Shown here piece by piece: positions 8,418 to 17,737 of a stretch of DNA of 48,235 nt (the first letter of the stretch is position 1; each line of letters starts with the position of its first letter). The stretch spans positions 1 through 48,235 of the forward strand of contig JACPZO010000015.1 of NCBI GenBank assembly GCA_016195465.1, written 5' to 3'. Source of the stretch: Nitrospirota bacterium (GTDB lineage: Bacteria; Nitrospirota; RBG-16-64-22). The position numbers and the translations under genes were made by a program. Below the pieces are notes generated by a model. The model was not told where the DNA came from and did not search any database. It saw only the letters and a program-made list of their open reading frames with translations.

Positions 8418-9879
8418 GAGAAACGGGCTCGGGGGCGGGTGAAGTCGAAGAGGCGTCTTCCGGCTCGCCTTCCGGAATGACGATGCGGACGGTCGTGCCC
8501 CGGCCGGGCGCGGAGTCGATCGAGATGTTCCCGCCGTGCTCCATCAGGATTTTCCGCGTGAGCGCGAGGCCGAGGCCGATCCCCGTGTCCTTCGTCGTGA
8601 AATAAGGCTCGAAGACCTTGTCGATGTTCTCGGGAGGGATTCCGCCGCCCGTGTCGCCGATCGTGACGGCCGTCCCCTTATCGACGGGACCGGTCGAGAT
8701 CTGGAGGCGGCCTCCGTCCGGCATCGCCTGGAGGGCGTTGGCCGTGACGTTGTTGAGCGCCGTCCGGATGGCGTCGGCGTCGAACGGGATGGGCCGGGCG
8801 GCCGGATCGAGCGAAAGGGCGATCTCCACCCCCTGGGCGCGGGACCTCGCTTCGATCAGCGCGACGAGCCCCGCGACCACGGTGTTGACGTCGCCGCGCC
8901 GCTTGACCAGCCGGCCCGGGCGGCCGAACGTCAGGAAGTTGGAGACCATCGTATTGAGCCGGGCGATCTCTTCCTTCATCTGCCCCAGAAGGGCCGCGTC
9001 CGCTCCGCTCGGGTCCGCGGCGCCCTTTTCCATCCGGGCCCGCAGGTGGTCGATCGTCAGGTTGATGAAGTTCAGGGGATTTCGGATCTCGTGCGCGATT
9101 CCGGAGGCGAGCTGGCCCACGGCCGACAGGCGTTCGGCCTCGTGAAGCTTTTCCTCGAGCTGGCGGTTGTGCCGGAGCTTCACGACCATCTCGTTGAAGC
9201 TCCGGATCAACTGCCCCACCTCGTCGCTCCGGGTCTCGGGAAGGGTCTGTGAGAGGTCCCCGTCGGCCACGCGGCGGGCCGCCTGAACCACATGGAAGAT
9301 CGGCCGCGTGTAGCGGGTCGAGAGGTAGAGGGCCGCGACGGCGCCCAGGGCGAAGACGACGACGGTGGCGGCGATCCTCTTGGCGTTATTCGACCGGATG
9401 AGGGCGCGGAAGTCGTCGAGCAGCATGACGATGTGGACGTATCCGATCTCCTCGTCCCCCACGACGATCGGGAGGATGACGTTGTAGCGCTTCTTCGTCT
9501 CCCCGCCGACGTTCTCCCCGAGCGTGGCCTTGACGATCAGCTCCGGCTCCGGAGAGACCTTCTTGCCCACGTGCCGCGGATTGGTGCTTGCGATGATCTC
9601 CTCGTCCGGCGTGGAGACGACGGACACTTCCTCGATCCCCTTGGAGCGGATCTCCGGGACGTACTTCTGGAGGGCGTCGCTGTCGACCCTGCCGCCCTGC
9701 GTCAGGCGCTCGACGGACACCTGGATCGCCCGGGAGAGGTCGTTCGTATAGGTCGTCACCTGGCGGATGAGCTGAGCTTCGCTCGTCATGTAGACGAAAG
9801 AGAGGGATGAGAGCGAGAGAATGGAGAGAACGAGAAGGATGAGGAGGAGCTTAGTCTTAAGGCCCAGATTGACGTGCAC
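8395..9879 (-). CDS. HAMP-domain sensor histidine kinase
   Basis: Two TM helices, HAMP, AHEIRNPL H-box, NALQAM, DTGGGI, FTTK..GIGLGL; start placed at GTG 9879 (alternative ATG 9912). Confidence 0.92.
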   Translation of the reverse strand: MHVNLGLKTKLLLILLVLSILSLSSLSFVYMTSEAQLIRQVTTYTNDLSRAIQVSVERLTQGGRVDSDALQKYVPEIRSKGIEEVSVVSTPDEEIIASTNPRHVGKKVSPEPELIVKATLGENVGGETKKRYNVILPIVVGDEEIGYVHIVMLLDDFRALIRSNNAKRIAATVVVFALGAVAALYLSTRYTRPIFHVVQAARRVADGDLSQTLPETRSDEVGQLIRSFNEMVVKLRHNRQLEEKLHEAERLSAVGQLASGIAHEIRNPLNFINLTIDHLRARMEKGAADPSGADAALLGQMKEEIARLNTMVSNFLTFGRPGRLVKRRGDVNTVVAGLVALIEARSRAQGVEIALSLDPAARPIPFDADAIRTALNNVTANALQAMPDGGRLQISTGPVDKGTAVTIGDTGGGIPPENIDKVFEPYFTTKDTGIGLGLALTRKILMEHGGNISIDSAPGRGTTVRIVIPEGEPEDASSTSPAPEPVSHAVDSRR

Positions 9880-9982
9880 GGTTCGTCTGCCCCCTGACAG
9901 TGTCCCCGCCATTATAATGCCCCTCCGGGCCGGCCGCAACGTCGGCTTGGGCGCGACGCGCGCCTCCGCTATAATAACTCTG

Positions 9983-11656
9983 ATGGACGCGAAAGAACCC
10001 CCTCTCCAATCGCTCGATCCGGCGTTCGATTTCGCCGGCCCCTTTACATGGGACGAACTGCCCCGGATTCTCCTGCGCGCCCAGGCGGCGCGGGCGGCGG
10101 GACGCTTCGTTTTCCGGGGGGCGGGGGCGGAGAAGGTCGTCTGGCTCGACGAAGGGATGGTCGTCTTCGCCACGTCGAACTTGGGGGACGACCGGCTCGG
10201 GGAGATGCTGATCAGGGCCGGCATGATCACGCTGGACCAGTACGACGAGTCGGTCCGCCTCATCAAGGAGACGGGGAAGAAGCAGGGCGTCGTTCTCGTG
10301 GAGATGGGGGCGCTCACGCCGAAGGACCTCTTCGGCGGCCTCAAGTTCCAGGTGCGGGAGATCGTCGTGTCCCTGTTCTCCTGGCCGGAGGGGAGGGCCG
10401 TCTTCATTCCTCCGGCCGAGGGGGAGATGCCGCCGATCCGGGTCCACTTCTCTCCGCGAAGCCTCATCCTGGAAGGGATCCGCCGGCGGGCTGACTCGGC
10501 AAGGCTCAGGCGCCGCCTGCCTCCGAGAGACGCCGTCGTCCGGCTGAACCGGGCGGCCCTGCTCGAGGAAGGACCCGCGATTCTCCTGCCGGAGGAACAG
10601 AAGATCGTGGAGGCGGCGGACGGCGGTCCGACCGTCGCCCAGATTCTGGATAGGACGGAGGGGGAGGAATTCTCGAGGCTCAAAGCCCTTTACGCGTTGG
10701 CCTCCGCGGGCCTGTGCGTGGTCGAGGGAGGAACGGCGACCGTAGAACCCGAGCCCGGGCCGGACCGGGAAAGCGAAGAAGCGTTTCGGGAGAAAGCGGC
10801 GCCTCCACCGTCTCCAACTCCGGAACCGGCGGAGCCGTCGATTTCGCCCGGGCCTTCCCCCGAGCCAAAGACGTCCCCGGTCTCGGGGGCCGCGCCTTCC
10901 GGCGCGGAGGATGAGGAAGAGACCCCCGAAACGATCCGCCGGTTCCTCGATGGAATGGAGGGGAAAACACACTACGAGATCCTGGGCGTGTCCGAGGAGA
11001 CGGACGCCCGGGTCGTCCGCCGGGCGTACCTGAGGCTCGTGAAGCGGTTCCACCCCGACCTCCACACCCACAAGGGCCTCGAAGGGGCGAAGGAGGACCT
11101 CGAGGAGATCTTCATGCGCGCGAACGATGCCTACGAGGTCCTTTCGGACGAAGCCAGGCGGAAGGAATACGACCTGGATCGGTTCGGGCTGAAGGAGAGC
11201 GAGAAAGAGAAGGAACAGCAGACCCAGGCCGCGCGAGCGGCCGAGCAGTTTGCGCGGGGGAAGGCGGAGCTCGAGAAGGGGAACTTCTGGGGGGCGGAGG
11301 AGTTGTTCAAGTGGGCTGTCCGGCTGGATCCGACTCGAGCAAACCATTACTACTTTCTGGCCACGGCCCAGAGCCGCATTCCAAAGCGCCTGCACGAGGC
11401 CGAGGAGAACATTCAGAAGGCGATCGAGATCGCGCCTTCGCGGCCCGACTACCACGTTCTCCTCGGACAGATCTACTTGAGGGGCGGGCTCAAGGCGAGG
11501 GCCGTCAAGAAGTTCATGGAGGCGCTCAACTGGAACCCGAGCCATCCGGGGGCCTTGAAGGGGATCGAGGAGGCCGGCGAGGAGAAGCCCGCGTCGGCGA
11601 TCGAGGAGGCGGGCGGCGTCCTGGGCCGGTTTTTCGGCAAGAAGGAAAAAGACTGA
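9983..11656 (+). CDS. DUF4388-like N-domain + DnaJ domain + TPR repeats protein
   Basis: RLGEMLIRAGMIT and LFSWPEG (DUF4388-like); HYEILGV..KRFHPD..AYEVLSD J-domain; C-terminal TPRs. Confidence 0.88.
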   Translation: MDAKEPPLQSLDPAFDFAGPFTWDELPRILLRAQAARAAGRFVFRGAGAEKVVWLDEGMVVFATSNLGDDRLGEMLIRAGMITLDQYDESVRLIKETGKKQGVVLVEMGALTPKDLFGGLKFQVREIVVSLFSWPEGRAVFIPPAEGEMPPIRVHFSPRSLILEGIRRRADSARLRRRLPPRDAVVRLNRAALLEEGPAILLPEEQKIVEAADGGPTVAQILDRTEGEEFSRLKALYALASAGLCVVEGGTATVEPEPGPDRESEEAFREKAAPPPSPTPEPAEPSISPGPSPEPKTSPVSGAAPSGAEDEEETPETIRRFLDGMEGKTHYEILGVSEETDARVVRRAYLRLVKRFHPDLHTHKGLEGAKEDLEEIFMRANDAYEVLSDEARRKEYDLDRFGLKESEKEKEQQTQAARAAEQFARGKAELEKGNFWGAEELFKWAVRLDPTRANHYYFLATAQSRIPKRLHEAEENIQKAIEIAPSRPDYHVLLGQIYLRGGLKARAVKKFMEALNWNPSHPGALKGIEEAGEEKPASAIEEAGGVLGRFFGKKEKD

Positions 11657-11787
11657 CCCGCAATCCGGCCCAGGGACGGCGCGGGTGTTTGCCATCCGAG
11701 ACAACCGGAATGGCCGTCTGGATATATCTCCATACAGTTTTTCCGAAGGCTGGACCGTAAGTTCCCGTTGAATCTACGGCCGGTTCG

Positions 11788-11802
11788 TGGCACGGCCCCT
11801 GC
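11788..11802 (+). promoter_or_regulatory. Sigma-54 (-24/-12) promoter
   Basis: TGGCACGGCCCCTGC = GG-N10-GC, ~75 bp upstream of the ATG. Confidence 0.7.
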
Positions 11803-11878
11803 TTCAGGTTCCGCCGTCTTTCATCCAGCGCCGGTTCTCCGGCCCATTCTCGATCGCCAACAGACAGGGAGGTTTCCG

Positions 11879-12748
11879 ATGATCCAATCTCTCAAGAAGT
11901 TCCTCGTTTGTTCGCTCGGACTGGGGGTCGCCGCGAGCGTCCTCGTTTCCCCGGCTTTCGCGGAGATCTCCGTCGGGCTCCTGCCCCGCCTTCCGGAGGA
12001 GCAGATGATCAAGATGTTCGCGCCGCTGGCCGCCTACCTCGAAAAGGAGACGGGAGAGAAGGTGAAGCTCGTCATTCCCAGGGATTTCCAGTCGTTCAGG
12101 GGGGCCGTCGCCCGCGGAGAGGTGGACTACGGCTTCGCCAATCCGCTCGTCTACGTGCAGGCCAAGAAGGAGGGAGGCGCGGTCGCGCCGCTTGCGATCG
12201 CGGCGGAGCCCGCCGGGGGGACGGCGTTTCGAGGGATCCTGATCTCGCGGAAGGGGTCCGGAATCGAGAGCGTGTCCGGCCTCAAGGGAAAGAAGCTCGT
12301 TTTCGTCGAGCCGGATTCGGCGGCGGGGTACGTGGCCCAGATGCTCATGCTCAAGAACGCCGGCCTCGAGAAAGGGCGTGACTATACGGTTCTGCCGTTC
12401 GCCGGCAAGCACAGCGAAGTCGTGAAGGCCGTGGCCGAGGGGCGGGCCGACGCCGGGGGAATCCGGGACGGCGATCTGGAGATCGCGGCCAAGGCGGCGG
12501 GCGTACAGGCGGCGTCGATCCAGACGGTCGGGACGTCCGAGCCGATTCCGAACTGGGCCTTCTTCGCCACGAGGAAAGCCAACCCAAACAAGTCGAACAA
12601 GGTGCTTCAGGCCCTTCTCCGCCTCAAGCCGGGAAGCGAGGAGGCCTCCGTTGTTCTCGGCTTGGCTCATTTGACCGGCTTCGTCCTGACGGCCGACCAG
12701 GATTACGACCCGATGCGGAAGGCTGGACAGGCCGCGGGCGTTCTGTAA
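11879..12748 (+). CDS. Phosphate/phosphite/phosphonate-binding periplasmic protein (PhnD-like), orphan
   Basis: Signal peptide; PLAAYLEKETG, D(Y)GFANPLVYV, FVEPDSAAGY, GKHSEV..AV..GRADAG; RBS GGGAGG. Confidence 0.85.
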   Translation: MIQSLKKFLVCSLGLGVAASVLVSPAFAEISVGLLPRLPEEQMIKMFAPLAAYLEKETGEKVKLVIPRDFQSFRGAVARGEVDYGFANPLVYVQAKKEGGAVAPLAIAAEPAGGTAFRGILISRKGSGIESVSGLKGKKLVFVEPDSAAGYVAQMLMLKNAGLEKGRDYTVLPFAGKHSEVVKAVAEGRADAGGIRDGDLEIAAKAAGVQAASIQTVGTSEPIPNWAFFATRKANPNKSNKVLQALLRLKPGSEEASVVLGLAHLTGFVLTADQDYDPMRKAGQAAGVL

Positions 12749-12883
12749 CAAATCGCTCAACGAGAAGACTTGCACGATTTGGCGGTGCACGGATGCACCG
12801 CGGCAGGCTGGGGATTTTCGGCAGCCTGCCGGCCGCGCGGGTGGGGGAACTTGCCCCCTCGATTTCCCCACCCGCGCTTTTTC

Positions 12884-13042
12884 CAGCAGGGCGTTGAATA
12901 ACACCCTGCTGGCGCAATCCATGGATGGATTGCCAAATTGCGAGAATCGAAGAGTCGAACAATTTGAAAGACCTGGACGAATTCATTTCGTCCAGGTCGT
13001 AGTTGAAAAAACCATGGATGGGTTTTTTCAACATCCTATTAG
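12884..13042. mobile_element. MITE family B, copy 1 (IS5/IS1182-like terminal inverted repeats)
   Basis: CAGCAGGGCGTTGAATAA...TTTTTTCAACATCCTATTAG; inverted homologue at 42088-42245. Confidence 0.85.
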
Positions 13043-13061
13043 TTCGGCCGGAGGTCAGCAC

Positions 13062-13235
13062 ATGGCCGGAAAGACGCTCAGGCTTCTTGCGCGGTTTGTC
13101 ACGCTCCTCTCCCAGCGCGATCCTCTTCAGATCGTCCGCGAGGACGAGGACGCGATGCTCTCGTGGCGTCTGTCCATCCTCAAGAACAACAAGTTCGACA
13201 AGACCCTCCCGAAGGGCAAGCGGTCGCCTTCCTGA
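13062..13235 (+). CDS. Hypothetical 57-aa protein
   Basis: GGAGGT RBS 6 nt before ATG; host-like GC3 codon usage; no motif recognised. Confidence 0.5.
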   Translation: MAGKTLRLLARFVTLLSQRDPLQIVREDEDAMLSWRLSILKNNKFDKTLPKGKRSPS

Positions 13236-13240
13236 AAGGC

Positions 13241-13273
13241 GTCCAAAGTCGAAAGTCCAAGGTCCAAGGTCAA
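13241..13273. repeat. Heptamer tandem array (GTCCAAG-type)
   Basis: GTCCAAA GTCGAAA GTCCAAG GTCCAAG GTCAA. Confidence 0.65.
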
Positions 13274-13401
13274 CGATCGCCCTTTTGACCTTTCACGTTG
13301 GACGTCGGGCGCCGCTCCTGTCCTTGACACTCGGCTCCCCTTGAGGCTACTCTAGGCCTCGCTTTTCTGGCCACACACTCCACATCGCGAACCCGACCTG
13401 G

Positions 13402-15864
13402 ATGCTTCCGCACAAGAAGGTTTCCTCTCATCGTACTTCCGGCCGCGTCGTCGTGCCCGCGCTCGTTCTGGCCGTGATCATTCTCCTCGTGGGAGGAGGG
13501 GGGTACTGGTACGTCACGCGCGATCTTCCCTGGGTCGACGTCCTCAAGGATCAGAAGGCCTATCCGGGGACGAAGATCTACTCGGACGACAACGTCCTGC
13601 TGGGCGAGATCAAGTTCGAAAAGGGGGTCCCGGTCTCCCTCAAGAAAGTCCCGAAGAACCTCGTTCAGGCGATTGTCGCCGTCGAGGACGCCCACTTCTT
13701 CCGCCACCACGGCCTCGACTACGTCGGAATGCTGCGCGCGCTGCTGACGAACATCTGGGCCGGGGGCGTCCGCCAGGGCGGGAGCACGATCACCCAGCAA
13801 TTGGCCAAGATCATGTTTCTGACGCCCGAACGGACCTTCTCCCGCAAGATCCGGGAGGTGATCCTGGCGCGGAGGATCGAGGCCCAACTGACCAAGGAGG
13901 AGATCCTCGACCTCTACCTGAACAAGATCTACTTCGGTCACGGCGCGTACGGGATCGAGATGGCCGCCCAGACCTACTTCGGCAAGCACGTCGAGGCGCT
14001 CACGCTTCCCGAGGCCGCCGTCCTGGCGGGTCTTCCCAAGGCGCCGAACATCTACTCCCCCTACGCGGACCTGGACCGGACCAAGAGGCGCCAGCGGTAC
14101 GTCCTCGACCGGATGATCGAGGAAGGGTACATCACGGCCGAAGAGGCGAAATCGGCCTACTCCAAACCCCTTGCCTTGAGGAACCTTCGGAAGAAGACGG
14201 ACGTCGCCCCCTACGTCGTCGAGGCGGTCCGGAAAGAGCTCGAGGAACGGTACGGCCAGGAAGCGCTGTACCAGAAGGGATTGAAGGTCTACACGACGAT
14301 CGATCCCGCGATGCAGCTTGCGGCCGTTCAGGCGCTTCAGGCGGGCCTCCGCGATCTGGACAAGCGCCACGGGTTCCGGGGACCGGTGGAGCACAGGGAG
14401 CCGCGGAAGACGGACGGGAAGAAGAAGGACGAAGACGAGACCACGGTCGGCAAGACGGTCCTGCCTCTGGGGGACGTGATCACGGGCCGCGTGACGGCCG
14501 TTTCGGACGACGGGGCCGCGGTCGTGGCGAGAGGCGTCAAGGGGCGGATCCCGTCCGCCGGGATGGCCTGGGCGCTCGACAAGGTGAAGCCGGCGAAGAG
14601 CGAGAAGGTCCCGAAGGGAAAGAAATGGCGGGCCGCGCCGGACCGGATCCTCAAGGCCGGAGACATCATCCGCGTGCGCGTGGCGGCCCTCCCGCAGAAG
14701 GGGAAGGCCGCCCTGTTCGACTTGGAGCAAGATCCTCTCGCCGAGGGCGCGGCCGTGATCCTCGACCCCGCGACCGGGTTCGTCAGGGCCCTGGTTGGGG
14801 GGTTCGACTTCGGCCGGAGCGAGTTCAATCGGGCGCTCCACGCCCGGCGACAGGCGGGCAGCGCCTTCAAACCGTTTGTCTACGCGGCCGCGATGGATGC
14901 GGGGTTCTCGCCGGCCTCCATCATCATCGACGCGCCCGTGACGTACGACGAACAGAAGGACCTCAAGCCCGGCTGGTCGCCCGAGAACTACGACCGGGAG
15001 TACTTCGGACCGACCCGGCTCCGGACGGCGCTCGCGTACTCGCGGAACATCGTGACGATCAAGCTTCTCAAGGAGGTCGGACTCAAGCCGGTCACAACCC
15101 TGGCCCGCCACTTGGGGATTTCCGGTCCGCTTCCGGAAGACCTGACGCTGGCTCTCGGCTCCGGGAGCGCGACGCCTCTCGAGCTCACGGCCGCTTACGC
15201 GGCCTTTGCCAATGGAGGCACGCGGATGAAGCCGATCCTGATCCGGGCGGTCGCGGACGCGAACGGAGAAATCATCGAGAGCCAGGAGCCGCAGGGCGAG
15301 CCCGTCGTTTCGCCCGAGTCATCGTACCTGTTGACCAGCATGCTTCAGGACGTCGTGGCCTACGGCACGGGTTGGCGCGCTCGGGAGGTCGGACGCCCCG
15401 TGGCGGGGAAGACGGGGACCACGAACGACTACAACGACGCGTGGTTCGTCGGGTACACGCCCAACCTGGCGGCCGGCGTGTGGGTCGGGTACGACAACGA
15501 GAAATCGCTCGGGCCGCAGGAGACGGGATCGCGGGCGGCCTCTCCGATCTGGACGGCCATGATGAAGGAGGCGCTCAAGGAGGTCCCTGTGGAATGGTTT
15601 CAGAAACCGCCGGGGATCACGGTTCTCGAAATCGACGCCGCCACGGGGCTCCTGGCTTCGTTCGACTCCGAGGAAACCATTCCCGAGGTCTTCAAGGCGG
15701 GGAAAGAACCGACGCGGGCCTCGACGCAGGCGGACCGCGAGGCTCTGGAAGAGGCGGCCAGGAAGGAGTTCGAAGCCGCGGCGGAGAGGGAAAAAGACAA
15801 GGGAAAGAAAGAGAAGAAGGCCGCCCGCCGGGGCCAGCGCCAGACCCGGGAGGACCGGGACTGA
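13402..15864 (+). CDS. mrcA: Penicillin-binding protein 1A (bifunctional transglycosylase/transpeptidase)
   Basis: EDAHFFRHHG, QGGSTITQQL, RKIRE, GSAFKPF (SxxK), YSRN, GKTGT. Confidence 0.95.
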   Translation: MLPHKKVSSHRTSGRVVVPALVLAVIILLVGGGGYWYVTRDLPWVDVLKDQKAYPGTKIYSDDNVLLGEIKFEKGVPVSLKKVPKNLVQAIVAVEDAHFFRHHGLDYVGMLRALLTNIWAGGVRQGGSTITQQLAKIMFLTPERTFSRKIREVILARRIEAQLTKEEILDLYLNKIYFGHGAYGIEMAAQTYFGKHVEALTLPEAAVLAGLPKAPNIYSPYADLDRTKRRQRYVLDRMIEEGYITAEEAKSAYSKPLALRNLRKKTDVAPYVVEAVRKELEERYGQEALYQKGLKVYTTIDPAMQLAAVQALQAGLRDLDKRHGFRGPVEHREPRKTDGKKKDEDETTVGKTVLPLGDVITGRVTAVSDDGAAVVARGVKGRIPSAGMAWALDKVKPAKSEKVPKGKKWRAAPDRILKAGDIIRVRVAALPQKGKAALFDLEQDPLAEGAAVILDPATGFVRALVGGFDFGRSEFNRALHARRQAGSAFKPFVYAAAMDAGFSPASIIIDAPVTYDEQKDLKPGWSPENYDREYFGPTRLRTALAYSRNIVTIKLLKEVGLKPVTTLARHLGISGPLPEDLTLALGSGSATPLELTAAYAAFANGGTRMKPILIRAVADANGEIIESQEPQGEPVVSPESSYLLTSMLQDVVAYGTGWRAREVGRPVAGKTGTTNDYNDAWFVGYTPNLAAGVWVGYDNEKSLGPQETGSRAASPIWTAMMKEALKEVPVEWFQKPPGITVLEIDAATGLLASFDSEETIPEVFKAGKEPTRASTQADREALEEAARKEFEAAAEREKDKGKKEKKAARRGQRQTREDRD

Positions 15865-15889
15865 TTTCTCGATGGGATTGCGGACTCGG

Positions 15890-15929
15890 CAATTTACAAT
15901 TTGAAATTTACAATTTCCAATTTTCAATC
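15890..15929. repeat. AT-rich heptamer array (inverse orientation)
   Basis: CAATTTA CAATTTG AAATTTA CAATTTC CAATTTT CAAT. Confidence 0.75.
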
Positions 15930-16023
15930 TGTCTTCCCGCTTGACATCACCCCCCGAGGATTTCCATACTGCGACCGTCGCCGTATTGTCAACCAATCGC
16001 TTGAATACTTGAAAGGAAACCCG

Positions 16024-16704
16024 GTGAGATCCAGGAGCCGTACCTTCAAGAACCGGATCTACGCGCAGTTTGCCCGCGTCGGGAAGGCTCTTTCCAGCCC
16101 CAAGAGACTGGAGCTCCTGGAGCTTCTGGCCCAGGGCGAGCGGACGGTCGAAGGCCTGTCGAGGGAGGCGTCACAAACCATCGCGAACTGCTCTCGGCAC
16201 CTTCAGGTCCTCAGGCAGGCCAACCTCGTGGAAACGCGCAAGGAGGGGACCTACGTCTATTACCGCCTTGCGGACGACGGCGTCAGCCGCTTCTGGCTTG
16301 AGCTTCGGGCTCTGGCCGAGGAGCGGCTGGCCGAGGTGGAACGCGTGGTGAGAGATTACATCGAGTTGAAGGACGACTTTGAGCCCATCGGCTGCTCTGA
16401 ACTGTTGGACAGGCTTCGAAAAGGCGAGGTCGTTGTTTTGGATGTCCGTCCCGAGGAAGAATACCGGGCTGGGCACCTCCCCGGCGCGCTCTCCGTTCCG
16501 CCCGGGGAGGTTGAACGGCGGCTGGCGAGTCTCCCGCGGGACAGGGAGATCGTGGCCTACTGCCGGGGCCGATATTGTGTTTACGCGGTGGAGGCGGTCA
16601 AGGCCTTACGTAAGCACGGCTATGCCGCCCGGCGCATGGAGCAGGGGATCCCCGAGTGGCGGCTCCTTGGTTTTCCCCTCGAAGTCGGGGGGACCGCGGG
16701 ATGA
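16024..16704 (+). CDS. ArsR/SmtB-family regulator fused to a rhodanese domain
   Basis: ALSSPKRLELLELL..SRHLQVLR..YYRLAD; VLDVRPEEEYRAGHLPGA; AYCRGRYC active-site loop; GTG start after AAAGGA. Confidence 0.92.
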   Translation: MRSRSRTFKNRIYAQFARVGKALSSPKRLELLELLAQGERTVEGLSREASQTIANCSRHLQVLRQANLVETRKEGTYVYYRLADDGVSRFWLELRALAEERLAEVERVVRDYIELKDDFEPIGCSELLDRLRKGEVVVLDVRPEEEYRAGHLPGALSVPPGEVERRLASLPRDREIVAYCRGRYCVYAVEAVKALRKHGYAARRMEQGIPEWRLLGFPLEVGGTAG

Positions 16705-16785
16705 AACATCAGTCCGGCCGATGCGCGGAAGATGTCGGGGGTTCTTCCTCGGCCCTCCCAAGAACCCTGAGTTAGGGAAGGACCA

Positions 16786-17478
16786 ATGGGAAATAAGGCG
16801 ACAGCCGGGAATGGGAACGCCCGAGAATCCGGGGTGCGGACCCTCAACCGATTCCTGGCCCAGACGGCCGACGGGGCATTCGTCCTAGACGAGCGACATT
16901 GTATCGTTCTCTGGAACAAGGCCTGTGAGCGCATCTTCGGTCTGGATCCCCGCATTGTGCTGGGGAAGCCGTGCTGGGAAGTGGTCGGCGGAGAGGACCG
17001 CTACGGAAACCCGATCTGCCTCTCTCGGTGCTTGGTCTCCGCTGCCGCCCGCCAGGGGCGGCTTGTGAAAAGCTTCGAGATGCGGATCCTCCGGAAGGGG
17101 GAGCCGGTGTGGATCAGCGCAAGCACTCTCTTCGTTCGGGGTCACCAGAAGGGTCTCTCGACCACCATCCATCTTGTGCGGGAAAGCTGGGATCCGCGCG
17201 GGCTGGAAGGCCATCTTCAGGAACTGCTCGCGCGATTGGAAAAACACCCGTTGGCGGAAAAGGAATCTCTAGACGCGAAGGCCATGCCGCCGCTCAGTCC
17301 GCGGGAAAGAGAAGTCCTCTCCTGCTTGTCGCGGGGCCAGCACGCGAAGGAGATCGCCCGGCAGCTCGGCGTGAGTCCGAGCACGGTGCGCAGCCACGTC
17401 AAGACCATCCTCTGCAAGCTCGAAGTCCACAGTCAGCTCGAGGCTGTTGCCCACGCGTTCCAGCACCACCTGCTCTGA
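16786..17478 (+). CDS. PAS-domain + LuxR-type HTH transcriptional regulator
   Basis: DGAFVLD..IVLWNKACERIFG..GKPCWEV PAS; LSPREREVL..KEIARQLGVSPSTVRSHVKTILCKL. Confidence 0.92.
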   Translation: MGNKATAGNGNARESGVRTLNRFLAQTADGAFVLDERHCIVLWNKACERIFGLDPRIVLGKPCWEVVGGEDRYGNPICLSRCLVSAAARQGRLVKSFEMRILRKGEPVWISASTLFVRGHQKGLSTTIHLVRESWDPRGLEGHLQELLARLEKHPLAEKESLDAKAMPPLSPREREVLSCLSRGQHAKEIARQLGVSPSTVRSHVKTILCKLEVHSQLEAVAHAFQHHLL

Positions 17479-17515
17479 TCCCTTCTCCGTCCTTCGGGTC
17501 CTTCGGCGGCGTTTT

Positions 17516-17554
17516 TCCCCTATCTGTGGGAGCAAAATCCCCTCGCTGGGGGAT
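17516..17554 (+). promoter_or_regulatory. Tandem dyad boxes, candidate PAS-LuxR operator
   Basis: TCCCCTATCTGTGGGA and ATCCCCTCGCTGGGGGAT with 22-bp periodicity upstream of the molybdoenzyme operon. Confidence 0.5.
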
Positions 17555-17737
17555 AGTATTCGAGAGGCTGCCGGCGTAGCCTTTGTTTCCAGCAATTCCC
17601 GCGAGTGCTTTCGTACCGCGATCCCCCCGGATGGACCCGATCTGGCCCCGACTGCGCGTCAAGGCCAGCGTTGATGGTCGTTCCCCTGATGTTACGCCTC
17701 ATGCGACGCCAACGGTCCCAGGCAAAAGGAGCAGATC

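Noticed and set aside
9880-10683. N-terminal extension making the kinase 762 aa
   Set aside because: It overlaps the divergent DnaJ-domain gene; the kinase's first TM helix, RBS and -10 box point to a start at ~9879.
11657-11770. Possible riboswitch upstream of the PhnD-like gene
   Set aside because: No recognisable aptamer consensus, and it lies upstream of the predicted sigma-54 start, so more likely terminator or enhancer DNA.
12894-13061. ORFs 12624-13061, the 5' part of 12894-13235, and 42095-42367 that resemble each other
   Set aside because: The similarity comes from translating MITE family B copies, not from a protein family.
17643-17657. Possible sigma-54 promoter or Moco riboswitch upstream of the molybdoenzyme
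   Set aside because: TGGCCCCGACTGCGC fits only GG-N10-GC and lacks the CAC/TT consensus; no Moco RNA motif recognisable.
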